A stretch of 39,763 bases of DNA from a candidate division WWE3 bacterium RIFOXYD1_FULL_39_9 (GTDB taxonomy: Bacteria > Patescibacteriota > WWE3 > UBA101185 > UBA10185). Of this stretch, positions 1-7,944 are shown in pieces. The stretch covers positions 1 through 39,763 of the forward strand of contig MEWG01000022.1 in assembly GCA_001773295.1 (NCBI GenBank). The letters are read 5' to 3'. The notes below the pieces were generated by a model, which saw only the letters and a list, made by a program, of their open reading frames with translations, made no database searches and was not told the DNA's origin. Numbering within the stretch: the first letter of the stretch is position 1; each line of letters opens with the position of its first letter. The position numbers and the translations under genes are program-made.

Positions 1-280
1 ACTCAGCAGCCATAATTGCAGTTTCAATGTTTTTTGAAGCTCTTTGAAGAGCTGCCGAATCGTCCACGTCTAGTTTGGCTAACTCAGTCATAATTTTCTT
101 TTTTATGGATGTGGAATTAATAAAATCGTAGTAAGCGTTAGCGGTAACGACAAAACCATTGGGTACTGGTATATCGGCATACACCATCTCTCCAAGATTT
201 GCTCCTTTACCACCTACTACAGGGATATCGGTCTTGCGAATATTTTTAAACCATAGAATTTGGGCAGTTTTTTTATTCAT
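1..280 (-). CDS. PEP-utilising enzyme, PEP synthase / pyruvate phosphate dikinase family (N-terminal fragment; gene runs off the left edge)
   Basis: Absent from the ORF track because it is open to position 1. The reverse strand from ATG 280..278 reads MNKKTAQILWFKNIRKTDIPVVGGKGANLGEMVYADIPVPNGFVVTANAYYDFINS... with no stop. VGGKGANLGEM plus IPVPxGFVVT is the N-terminal nucleotide-binding (PPDK_N) signature of this family. Confidence 0.7.
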   Translation of the reverse strand, partial: MNKKTAQILWFKNIRKTDIPVVGGKGANLGEMVYADIPVPNGFVVTANAYYDFINSTSIKKKIMTELAKLDVDDSAALQRASKNIETAIMAAE

Positions 281-329
281 GATTTTAGTATAGCACCTAC
301 ATATAGCACTATAAACCCTAGGGAGAAAC
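281..329 (-). promoter_or_regulatory. candidate extended -10 promoter giving a leaderless mRNA for the PEP-synthase-family gene
   Basis: The minus strand reads ...AGTGCTATATGTAGGTGCTATACTAAAATC-ATG. It contains a direct repeat of GTGCTATA (plus-strand tatagcac at 289-296 and 302-309). The proximal copy forms TGcTATACT, with its last base 6 nt from the ATG and no Shine-Dalgarno in between. Confidence 0.35.
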
Positions 330-1718
330 TTATTTCAAATTTGTTAGATCCAAATAATCGTAATTTCTCAAAATCTTAAGCAAATCCTGCATAATTGAGG
401 AAACTTCAGAAGAATTAGTGCCTTCAATTCGCATACTTAGGTAAGGTGAGGTATTAGATGCTCGAATCAGAAACCAACCATGCTCGGAAACCGACACCCT
501 GACGCCATCGATATCTAAAACCTTTAAATAGGAAGCATTATTCTTAACATACTTTGTAAATTCTTCTATAAAAACAAATTTCTTATCGTCCGGGCAGGGA
601 ATTCTAATTTCAGGAGTGTTTACCGCCTGCGGAAATTCACTCATTATTTCAGAAAGTAGTTTGCCGGATCTGTCTAAAATATCTATTAATCTGCAGGCTG
701 CGTAGAGCGCGTCGTCAAATCCAAAATAATCATCCTTAAAATAAAAATGTCCGGAAAGCTCTCCACCTAGTACTGAATTTCCATTTAATACCTCACGTAG
801 AACGTAGGCTCTGCCGGTTTTAATCATCTCAGGTACTCCGGAATATTGTTTAATAACATCCTCCAGCAAAGCAGTACATTTAACATCATAGACGATCTTT
901 CCACCTTTATTTTTAGAAAGAATGTCTCTGGCAAACAGCATTAAAAGTCTGTCTGCGCTATAGGAAGTTCCTCGTTCATCTACAACGCCTAATCTGTCAC
1001 CGTCACCGTCGAATCCAAAGCCTAAAATCGCCCCATTGTCGGTAACGCTGGACTTCAATTCAGCAAGAAATGAGGGGTTTTCCGGATCCGGAACCTCGTT
1101 TGGAAAATCACTGTCGTACTTACAATAAACATCAGTTACGTCCATTCCCAATTTTCTCATTAAAATAGGAGCTAACTCACTGGTGGCACCGCTTCCGCAA
1201 TCAACGACCACTTTTAGTTTGTTTTTAAAACTAAAGCGCTCTGCAAGATGATCAATATAGATTCCGTTATAATCTTTTTCTCTAAATGTACCTTCGCCGT
1301 TTATGAAATTTCCGGCTTTAACAACTTCGTATAACTCGTCCAGCGCTTCTCCGTAAAATGGTTGAGCGTCATTTAAATCAATTTTTATTCCATTGTATTT
1401 TTTAGGGTTATGGCTGGCCGTAACATTTATACCTGCTTCGAAATCGTCTAAAAATGTCAGGAAGTGAATTATTGGTTGTGTTGTAATTCCGGTATAGGTA
1501 ACATTGCATCCTGTAGATAAAACTCCTTCAATCAAATTTGGGCAAAGCGAGTATGAGCTGGGCCTATTGTCTCTTCCTATTACAATGTTTTTAATAGACT
1601 TTTTTTGAAAAATGGTTCCAATACCTTTACCGATAGCTTTTGCTATATCGTTATTTATTTGATCCGGAAATACACCTCGGATATCGTATGCTCTAAAGAT
1701 TTCCTTATTAATTTCCAT
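330..1718 (-). CDS. alpha-D-phosphohexomutase (phosphomannomutase / phosphoglucomutase / GlmM-like)
   Basis: The 462-aa ORF carries all four family loops: TASHNP (phosphoserine), GFDGDGDR (Mg2+), GGELSGH (sugar) and RASNTSP (phosphate). Substrate specificity cannot be decided by eye. Its ATG lies 3 nt after the kinase stop codon. Confidence 0.9.
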   Translation of the reverse strand: MEINKEIFRAYDIRGVFPDQINNDIAKAIGKGIGTIFQKKSIKNIVIGRDNRPSSYSLCPNLIEGVLSTGCNVTYTGITTQPIIHFLTFLDDFEAGINVTASHNPKKYNGIKIDLNDAQPFYGEALDELYEVVKAGNFINGEGTFREKDYNGIYIDHLAERFSFKNKLKVVVDCGSGATSELAPILMRKLGMDVTDVYCKYDSDFPNEVPDPENPSFLAELKSSVTDNGAILGFGFDGDGDRLGVVDERGTSYSADRLLMLFARDILSKNKGGKIVYDVKCTALLEDVIKQYSGVPEMIKTGRAYVLREVLNGNSVLGGELSGHFYFKDDYFGFDDALYAACRLIDILDRSGKLLSEIMSEFPQAVNTPEIRIPCPDDKKFVFIEEFTKYVKNNASYLKVLDIDGVRVSVSEHGWFLIRASNTSPYLSMRIEGTNSSEVSSIMQDLLKILRNYDYLDLTNLK

Positions 1719-1721
1719 GGT

Positions 1722-2564
1722 TTAAGCCTGTCTTAAGGGAAGCGTAAAAACAAATTTCGAGCCTTTGGGGTTGTTGTCTTCAATCCAGATATTTCCTCCG
1801 TGTGCCTCAACTATACCTTTAGCTATAACTAAACCTAACCCCGTACCTCTTTCTTTTGTGTGATTATGATTATTTAGCTGAACAAATTTGTGAAATAGTT
1901 TGTGCTTCATGTCGTCAGTAATCCCGTCTCCGGTATCACAGACGCACACTGTCACCATGTCGCCACGCAATTCTGACCTTAATTCAATACTGCCATTTTC
2001 AGCAGTAAACTTAACGGCGTTTGAAAGCAAATTCTTCAGGACCTGGCGCACTCTATCAGGATCAAATTCAAATTCTGGAAGTTTTTCATCAACATTATTA
2101 TTAATTTTAATTTGTTTGGAATTAGCCATTGGCACGTAGTAAGCGCTCTCTTCAATAAGTATCTGGTTTATATTTCCCTTAACTTTGACTATTTCAAATT
2201 TTCCCGACTCCAACTTGGAAATGTCTAGAATATCATTTACGATATTTAGCATTCCTGAAGAAGAGCTTTTTATCTGATTGAGTAAAGTCTCGATCTGCTC
2301 CTTAGACAAATTCTGCGCGTCTTTAAGCATAAGATCTGAGGCTCCTTTCATAACAGACAAGGGGGATCTAAGCTCGTGCACAAGCATTGCTAGAAAATCA
2401 TCACGTTCTCGTTGGACCTGATTTTGTTTTTCACTATTTCTTCTAAGCAAGATGACTTCGTTTATTAAGTGGGACAGTTTAACGGATTTATAGATGAAAA
2501 AGATTAACAAAACAAGCAGCAGAAGTGATTCTATTATTATCAGAGTAACAGCATAGGCAGACAT
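1722..2564 (-). CDS. membrane-anchored sensor histidine kinase without a recognisable sensor domain
   Basis: It has an H-box (HELRSPLS), an N-box (LLSNAVKFT), G1 (DTGDGI) and G2 (GTGLGL). There is one N-terminal TM (VTLIIIESLLLLVLLIFFIY) only about 4 residues from the start. A short coiled linker follows, with no periplasmic, PAS or HAMP region visible. Confidence 0.9.
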   Translation of the reverse strand: MSAYAVTLIIIESLLLLVLLIFFIYKSVKLSHLINEVILLRRNSEKQNQVQRERDDFLAMLVHELRSPLSVMKGASDLMLKDAQNLSKEQIETLLNQIKSSSSGMLNIVNDILDISKLESGKFEIVKVKGNINQILIEESAYYVPMANSKQIKINNNVDEKLPEFEFDPDRVRQVLKNLLSNAVKFTAENGSIELRSELRGDMVTVCVCDTGDGITDDMKHKLFHKFVQLNNHNHTKERGTGLGLVIAKGIVEAHGGNIWIEDNNPKGSKFVFTLPLRQA

Positions 2565-2570
2565 TCATTT

Positions 2571-2972
2571 TTAACTGATAAATTTGACTTCTGAGTCTTT
2601 TGACTCTCCTAGAAGGGAAGCGACTTTATCAGGCAGTTCGGACGGAACAACATTATACTTCATCAGGTAATCGTCGGCGCCAAGCTCAACAGCTTTGTTA
2701 ACATTGCTGTCGGTACCAAAATTTGTGAGCATTACAACTTTAATCGTTTTGGTATCTTCTGTTTCTTTAAGCTCCTTTAGAATATCAAGGCCGCTCATAC
2801 CCGGTAAGATAATATCAAGAAGTATAAGGTCAGGTTTCTCTACTTTTACCTTCTCTACAGCCTGAGAACCGTCAACAACGTGGATAATCTCATACCCACG
2901 CATGCTTAAGGCAGCAGAAAAAAGGTTGAAAAAGCCCTCATCGTCTTCTACAAATAGTATCTTTTTACCCAT
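2571..2972 (-). CDS. single-domain response regulator (CheY-like receiver only)
   Basis: MGKKILFVEDDE..., PDLILLDIILPGMSG (phospho-acceptor Asp context), KVVMLTN and a conserved Lys region. The protein is 133 aa with no output domain. The ORF track begins at 3086, but that N-terminal extension overlaps the divergent LCP gene. The ATG at 2972 gives the canonical receiver start. Confidence 0.85.
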   Translation of the reverse strand: MGKKILFVEDDEGFFNLFSAALSMRGYEIIHVVDGSQAVEKVKVEKPDLILLDIILPGMSGLDILKELKETEDTKTIKVVMLTNFGTDSNVNKAVELGADDYLMKYNVVPSELPDKVASLLGESKDSEVKFIS

Positions 2973-3039
2973 GGTTAAATAGTACATAATCAACCGCCCC
3001 ACTTCAATAGTCTTTATCTTATTGACTTTAATTTCCATA

Positions 3040-4065
3040 ATGAAATATCCTATTGAAGTGTTTGCTAAAAAATTGGTAATTCTCATTTCTCTGCTGCTCC
3101 TTATAACTATAGGTGCTCTTGTTTATGTCACGTGGATAAAAACGGTTAATACGAATATTTCCGAGATACTTAATCCTTTTGCTATTTTGAATAAGAAGGA
3201 CCAACAAACTCCTCCAAAAGAGCCGATAAACATATTTTCATCTAGTTTAACTGACAAGGAAATAAATATTGCACTCCTAGGAATTGACAGACGAAGTAAG
3301 TTTGAATCGGCCTATAGGACCGACACTATGGTTATCCTATCTATTAATGTTACCAAAAACAGAATTCTACTTATTTCCATACCCCGCGATCTGTGGGTAG
3401 AAAATTCCAGAGTGAACGCGCTTTATATTCAAGGTGGTTGGGAGTCACTTCAGAGTGCCTTCAAAGAGATTACTGGACTTGAAGTTGATAACTACATACT
3501 TACTGACTTTGAAGACTTCGCATGGATTATTGACAGTTTCGGTGGAGTAGAAGTGGCGGTTGAGAACAGTTTTGTGGACAGCCAGTATCCTGTAGACGTG
3601 ACGAAAACATACCAAACTGTAGCATTTGAGCAAGGGACAGAAGTAATGGACGGTCAGCGCGCACTTATTTTCTCAAGATCCAGAAAAGGTACTAACGGAG
3701 AGGGAAGTGACTGGGCAAGAATGAAAAGACAACATCTTCTTCTCAAAGGAATGGTTGGGGCGGTTCTACAACCCAAGAGTATTTTTAATCCAATGAATGT
3801 GGAGCAAGCTTATAAAATGATTACAGATGGCCGTATGGACACATCTCTTACATTGTCAGACGCATATTATCTTTGGGATATGTATAAGGATAAGGACAAG
3901 TATACTTATGTGTCCTTGTTTCTCGACTCTGACTACGTCTTCAATCCTCCAATGGAGGATTACGGCGGAGCTTGGGTTCTGGCGCCAATCGATCCTACCT
4001 ACGCAGCTTTCCATAACAAAGTTAAGGAAGTCGTAAATCAACCCGTGCCTAGTACATTGCAATAG
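3040..4065 (+). CDS. LytR-Cps2A-Psr (LCP) family glycopolymer-to-cell-wall phosphotransferase
   Basis: An N-terminal TM (LVILISLLLLITIGALVYV) is followed by LLGIDRR...RTDTMVILSIN...ISIPRDLWV...FGGVEV..., the conserved LCP core. The ORF track starts at TTG 3022; I prefer the ATG at 3040 (MKYPIE...). Confidence 0.85.
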   Translation: MKYPIEVFAKKLVILISLLLLITIGALVYVTWIKTVNTNISEILNPFAILNKKDQQTPPKEPINIFSSSLTDKEINIALLGIDRRSKFESAYRTDTMVILSINVTKNRILLISIPRDLWVENSRVNALYIQGGWESLQSAFKEITGLEVDNYILTDFEDFAWIIDSFGGVEVAVENSFVDSQYPVDVTKTYQTVAFEQGTEVMDGQRALIFSRSRKGTNGEGSDWARMKRQHLLLKGMVGAVLQPKSIFNPMNVEQAYKMITDGRMDTSLTLSDAYYLWDMYKDKDKYTYVSLFLDSDYVFNPPMEDYGGAWVLAPIDPTYAAFHNKVKEVVNQPVPSTLQ

Positions 4066-4406
4066 TGCTGAATCCAAAATCTCTGTTCATCTTGAGTTAT
4101 ACAAACTAAATCTGCTCTCCACTTAAACACCTTACTACGATACTTATTCAAAAAAATTCTTATCGCTCTTTGAAACTTAGCTCTTTTTCTGTAGTTGAAT
4201 AAATCTTCAGGTCTACAATAATTTACATTCGTTACAAATTTAACTTCCGTAAATATTAAAATCGAGTTGTATGTGAAGATATGATCAATTTCACCATAAT
4301 TGCAGTACCAGTTACTTGTAACGTGTCTATAACCTTTGAGCTCAAGGTACCTTCTGCCTATTATTTCACCAACTTTACCTTTTTGTCTTGTGGATACCGG
4401 GATCAC
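4038..4406 (-). CDS. yraN: YraN / UPF0102 family putative endonuclease
   Basis: 122 aa with a GTG start. KGKVGEIIGRRYLELKGY, YGEIDHIF and FTEVKFV match the YraN pattern (GE..A..YL..KGY / GEIDLI / FVEVK). Its 3' end overlaps the LCP 3' end by 28 nt. Confidence 0.7.
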   Translation of the reverse strand: MIPVSTRQKGKVGEIIGRRYLELKGYRHVTSNWYCNYGEIDHIFTYNSILIFTEVKFVTNVNYCRPEDLFNYRKRAKFQRAIRIFLNKYRSKVFKWRADLVCITQDEQRFWIQHYCNVLGTG

Positions 4407-4456
4407 ACAACTAAATTAACACAGAAGTTTATATTTTTAAGAAGGTTATATCTAGT

Positions 4457-6295
4457 TTAATTAGAATTAACGGCTGCTTCTTCAAATCTATCGGGCGTAA
4501 TTCCGTAGAACTTAACCAACTCATCGGTTATATCCATCCATAAAGGTACAGCAGTTTCTGAAGCGAAAATCTTAGCACGCGGTTCTTCAAGTTTCACGAT
4601 CATTGAAAATTTCCTGTCCGCAATCAGATAGCCGGCAAAAGTCGCATTGGTTTTAGTTGGATCGTATGCTCCGTCAACATAAATCTGCGCAGTACCGGTT
4701 TTACCGGCAATTCTATATTTCTTGGAAACATAGTAGGTTGCCTCTCCTCCGGAAGCTGCCTTTTCCAACATATCAGTCATTATTTCTGATGTTTCTTTAG
4801 AGACCACTTGTCTTACAATTTTAGTCGGAATTACAATTTCTTTTCCGTTGTCGATAATCTTGGAAATAATTTTCGGTTGCAACAAATGGCCTCCGTTTGC
4901 CAAAGCGTTAAAACCTGTTAAAACTTGAAGTGGTGTAGCTGAAATGCCCTGACCAAAAGAAATGTTTGCTAAATCAATATCTGTCCAATCTCTGTAAGCT
5001 CGTAAAACTCCTGAATCTTCTCCCTCCAGCTCAATCTTTGTTTTTGAACCAAACCCGAAATTTGTTAAATATTTAGACATATTTTTGGGTCCAACCTGAT
5101 GGCCCACCCACGCAGCACCGATATTGTTAGATTTTTGTAATAACTGAACAATTGTTTGAGTACCGTGATGCTTGCCGTCCCAGTTATCTATCTTTTTTTC
5201 TGAATACCACACAGGTCCTTCATCTTCGAATGTTGTATCTTTAGTTACCATGTTCAGATCAATTGCTGCCGCCACGGTAAAGGGTTTCATTACTGATCCC
5301 GGCTCATACATCTGCGCAATTGCTAAGTTTCTTCTCTCAAGCGATTTTCTATGAGGTGAAATTTCTAAATCAACAGCTTCTTTGTTATAGCTCTCTGGGT
5401 AATATGTTGGGTAATTGGCAAGTGCGATTATCTCGCCGGTATTTGGATCCATAATTATTACAGTGCCGGACACCGCATCGTATTCTTCTACACCTCGCTT
5501 AAGTTCTTTTTCCACCATATATTGAATAGAACGATTAATTGTTAGAACAATGTCTCTACCTTCAATAGATGGTATTCTCTTGTGTCCGCCAATTAAGATT
5601 GGCGTACCAAATGCGTCTTTTTCTTCAACGATTTTTCCGGCGCGTCCTTTAAGCTCCTCGTTAAAATTACCTTCTATCCCGTAATAACCCTGACTCTCCC
5701 CTTCTTCATTTTTTCCTACAAAACCTAACACGTGCGCCGCCAGAGTATTCTCAGGGTAAAAACGGGCAGGTTCTTCCTCAAAACCTACACCTTTTAGTTT
5801 TAATTCCTCAATTTTAGTTTTTTGATTCTCAGTAATACCTCCGTGCAGCGCAACCCACACTCTGTCCAGTTTTAATAGATTAGAGTATTTATCATACAAA
5901 TCCAGAAAGATCTTATTTTTATCGCGCGTCTCGTCTAAGTCTTCTGAGGCAGTGCTTTCAGCGGTTTGCTCTGCATATACGAACTCGGAAATTGTTTCAG
6001 CAAGTGTTTCGGCTGTTTTTGGTATATCGGTAATTAATTTTGGCTCACCGTAAACCATATACTTTGACTGCACACCGGCTAAAATGTATCCGTCTGAACT
6101 TAAGATATCCCCACGAGATGCCGGAAGTTCCTGCAAACCCCAATACTGATCATTGGCCATGGAAGAGTAAGATGCGTAACTTAAAACTTGAATTTTAAAA
6201 AGATTAAAAAGTACAACCGCCAAACAAAAGGTAAAAAAGGCAATAATTAAATTTATTCTGGTGTTATGCACATCTTTTGTACTGCTGCGTTTCAT
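4457..6295 (-). CDS. ftsI: class B penicillin-binding protein (peptidoglycan D,D-transpeptidase, FtsI/PBP2 type)
   Basis: An N-terminal TM and a dimerisation region precede the transpeptidase motifs SVMK (SxxK), SNN (SxN) and KTGTA (KTG). It sits directly after ftsL in the dcw order. Confidence 0.9.
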   Translation of the reverse strand: MKRSSTKDVHNTRINLIIAFFTFCLAVVLFNLFKIQVLSYASYSSMANDQYWGLQELPASRGDILSSDGYILAGVQSKYMVYGEPKLITDIPKTAETLAETISEFVYAEQTAESTASEDLDETRDKNKIFLDLYDKYSNLLKLDRVWVALHGGITENQKTKIEELKLKGVGFEEEPARFYPENTLAAHVLGFVGKNEEGESQGYYGIEGNFNEELKGRAGKIVEEKDAFGTPILIGGHKRIPSIEGRDIVLTINRSIQYMVEKELKRGVEEYDAVSGTVIIMDPNTGEIIALANYPTYYPESYNKEAVDLEISPHRKSLERRNLAIAQMYEPGSVMKPFTVAAAIDLNMVTKDTTFEDEGPVWYSEKKIDNWDGKHHGTQTIVQLLQKSNNIGAAWVGHQVGPKNMSKYLTNFGFGSKTKIELEGEDSGVLRAYRDWTDIDLANISFGQGISATPLQVLTGFNALANGGHLLQPKIISKIIDNGKEIVIPTKIVRQVVSKETSEIMTDMLEKAASGGEATYYVSKKYRIAGKTGTAQIYVDGAYDPTKTNATFAGYLIADRKFSMIVKLEEPRAKIFASETAVPLWMDITDELVKFYGITPDRFEEAAVNSN

Positions 6296-6309
6296 GTATT
6301 CTTGGTTAA

Positions 6310-6639
6310 TTATCGGCTTGAAATAGCGGCTATAGTTGTTGAAGAGTCGATTTCTAGAGAAAGCAGATTATCCTGAATTGAGCTGAATCCCAATGCTACT
6401 GCGCGATCTTCCAGTACTGAGATAGAAGACAAACCGGAATTTTCATAATTTAATTTGGCAATTTCCTGCTCCAAAGTAATCTTTTTGTCGATTAACTCGG
6501 ACATCTCAACAGTGCTCGCAGTTAACTTACTTGAAATGTACATACGTACCATCAGTGTAAGTAAAAACACGGCAAACGTCATAGCGCAAAGTGACTTAGA
6601 GTTTAATTTAGTTCTTGGCTTGTACCTTTTAATTCTCAT
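6310..6639 (-). CDS. ftsL: FtsL-like cell-division protein
   Basis: 109 aa with a single TM (LCAMTFAVFLLTLMVRMYI) followed by a coiled-coil-like segment (LEQEIAKLNYEN). It occupies the conserved slot between rsmH and ftsI. Its ATG overlaps the rsmH TGA (ATGA). Confidence 0.6.
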   Translation of the reverse strand: MRIKRYKPRTKLNSKSLCAMTFAVFLLTLMVRMYISSKLTASTVEMSELIDKKITLEQEIAKLNYENSGLSSISVLEDRAVALGFSSIQDNLLSLEIDSSTTIAAISSR

Positions 6640-7514
6640 GCTTTTTCAAAAATTCTCATTTTCGCACTTCTGGATCTCGGGTTCAGTGCAACCTCCTGCT
6701 CTTCGGGCTCCAACGGTTTTTCTACAACCTTTATTAATTGGGGCTGCGCACCTCGTCCAAACTGTTTGACCACCCTGTCTTCCAGCGAATGGAAGCTTAT
6801 AACTATCATTCGCCCGCTTGGCAGTAGCAGTTGCGCAGCCCGAGGCAGTGAAAGCTCCAGATTACCGATTTCGTCGTTTACAAGGATTCGTAAAGCCTGA
6901 AATGTTCTGGTGGCAGGATGTATTCTGCCTTTTTCGTAATCTGGAGGAGTCTCAGACTTAATTAGCTCTGCAAGTTCCTTTGTTGTCTGAATCTTCTTCA
7001 AATCACGATTTGTTACTATGGCTTTTGCAATTCTATTTGCAAATCTTTCATCTGAATATTCTCGTATCACATTAGCCAGATTTTTTTCAGATATCGAATT
7101 AACAATGTCCGCTGCGGTTACTCCAAGCTCCTTGGAAAGCCTCATATCAAGCGGAGCTTCACTTTGGAAGCTAAGCCCGATAGCTGTCTCATCCAGTTGG
7201 TACGAACTGTAACCAAGATCGTACAAAATGCCATTCACCTTGGCGAATTCAGTTGAATTCACAAGTTTATCTATGTCTCTAAAATTACCTAAACAAGGTG
7301 TGAAGTTTTTTTCTAAACCTTCTTCACTTATCCTTGCCTGTGCTCGTCTTAAGGCATCTTCATTTATCTCTATACCTAAGACTTTCCCGCCTTTTTTTAA
7401 AATTTCCAAAGTATGACCGGCGTCACCAAGCGTCATATCAATGTACTTACCTTCTTCTACAACTTTTAAATGTGCTAATGTTTCGTCCAACATTACCGGC
7501 TTGTGGTATTTCAT
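6636..7514 (-). CDS. rsmH: 16S rRNA (cytosine1402-N4)-methyltransferase
   Basis: MKYHKPVML..., DMTLGDAGHT, YDLGYSSYQLD and ISFHSLEDRVVK are RsmH/MraW family signatures. It follows mraZ. Confidence 0.95.
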   Translation of the reverse strand: MKYHKPVMLDETLAHLKVVEEGKYIDMTLGDAGHTLEILKKGGKVLGIEINEDALRRAQARISEEGLEKNFTPCLGNFRDIDKLVNSTEFAKVNGILYDLGYSSYQLDETAIGLSFQSEAPLDMRLSKELGVTAADIVNSISEKNLANVIREYSDERFANRIAKAIVTNRDLKKIQTTKELAELIKSETPPDYEKGRIHPATRTFQALRILVNDEIGNLELSLPRAAQLLLPSGRMIVISFHSLEDRVVKQFGRGAQPQLIKVVEKPLEPEEQEVALNPRSRSAKMRIFEKA

Positions 7515-7518
7515 AGTG

Positions 7519-7944
7519 TTACCCAGCTAAGTCGGCAGAAATTTTCTCAAGATGTTTGGACCAAGTATCTAAATCCCAGATTTCTATGTGATCTCCGGCG
7601 CCAATTACTGCTGTTGCTTTGCTAACGGACGCGTAATCTTTCAAATTTGTTGGCACGACAAGTCTGCCTTGAGCGTCAATTGCTACTTCGATTGAACCTG
7701 CGTACATATAACGCTTCAGGTCTCTCGTTTTCGCATCGGAAATCGGATTTTCAACTTGCTTTTGGGCTTCCATCACCCAATCCTCCTTGTCATAAACAAA
7801 GATACATTTCTCAAACCCGCGCGACATAACAACTTCATCGCCACGAATTTGATCCCGAAGTTTCTTGGGCAGGGCAATGCGCGAACCTTCGGTAATATTA
7901 GGTTGATATTCCCCAAGAAACATTTTCATATCATTTTTCACCAT
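7519..7944 (-). CDS. mraZ: transcriptional regulator MraZ
   Basis: MFLGEY... start region and two SpoVT/AbrB-like halves with (D/E)xxGRxxxP motifs (EGSRIALPKKLR; DAQGRLVVPTNLK). It is the first gene of the dcw cluster. The start could be ATG 7944 (GGTGA 5 nt upstream) or the internal ATG 7923. Confidence 0.9.
   Translation of the reverse strand: MVKNDMKMFLGEYQPNITEGSRIALPKKLRDQIRGDEVVMSRGFEKCIFVYDKEDWVMEAQKQVENPISDAKTRDLKRYMYAGSIEVAIDAQGRLVVPTNLKDYASVSKATAVIGAGDHIEIWDLDTWSKHLEKISADLAG

Noticed and set aside
1900-2139. Short antisense or overlapping ORFs in the six-frame track. Examples are 1900-2139+, 3445-3633-, 3827-4036+, 3856-4077-, 5172-5354+, 6455-6769+, 8310-8694 (both strands), 11384-11662+, 13218-13478+, 19280-19975, 21167-21409-, 25473-25661-, 27131-27337-, 28810-29157+, 30082-30423+, 33402-33599- and 37482-37787+.
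   Set aside because: Each lies entirely inside, and out of frame with or antisense to, a long ORF that has strong family motifs. Their translations are low-complexity with no recognisable motifs. Shadow ORFs of 60-115 aa are expected in AT-rich DNA.
2973-3086. N-terminal extensions from the ORF track: the response regulator starting at 3086, the LCP gene at TTG 3022, the GT at TTG 14095 and wzx at TTG 16448.
   Set aside because: The extensions add non-conserved residues, make divergent genes overlap, and rely on TTG. In each case an ATG a few codons downstream begins exactly at the conserved family N-terminus (MGKKILFVEDD, MKYPIE, MKIAIVCDD, MLKSYKS).
4038-4040. Alternative genetic code (UGA recoding, as in some candidate phyla).
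   Set aside because: TGA ends yraN at the expected family length. It also ends rsmH in an ATGA overlap with the ftsL start (6636-6639). All long ORFs are intact under the standard code.
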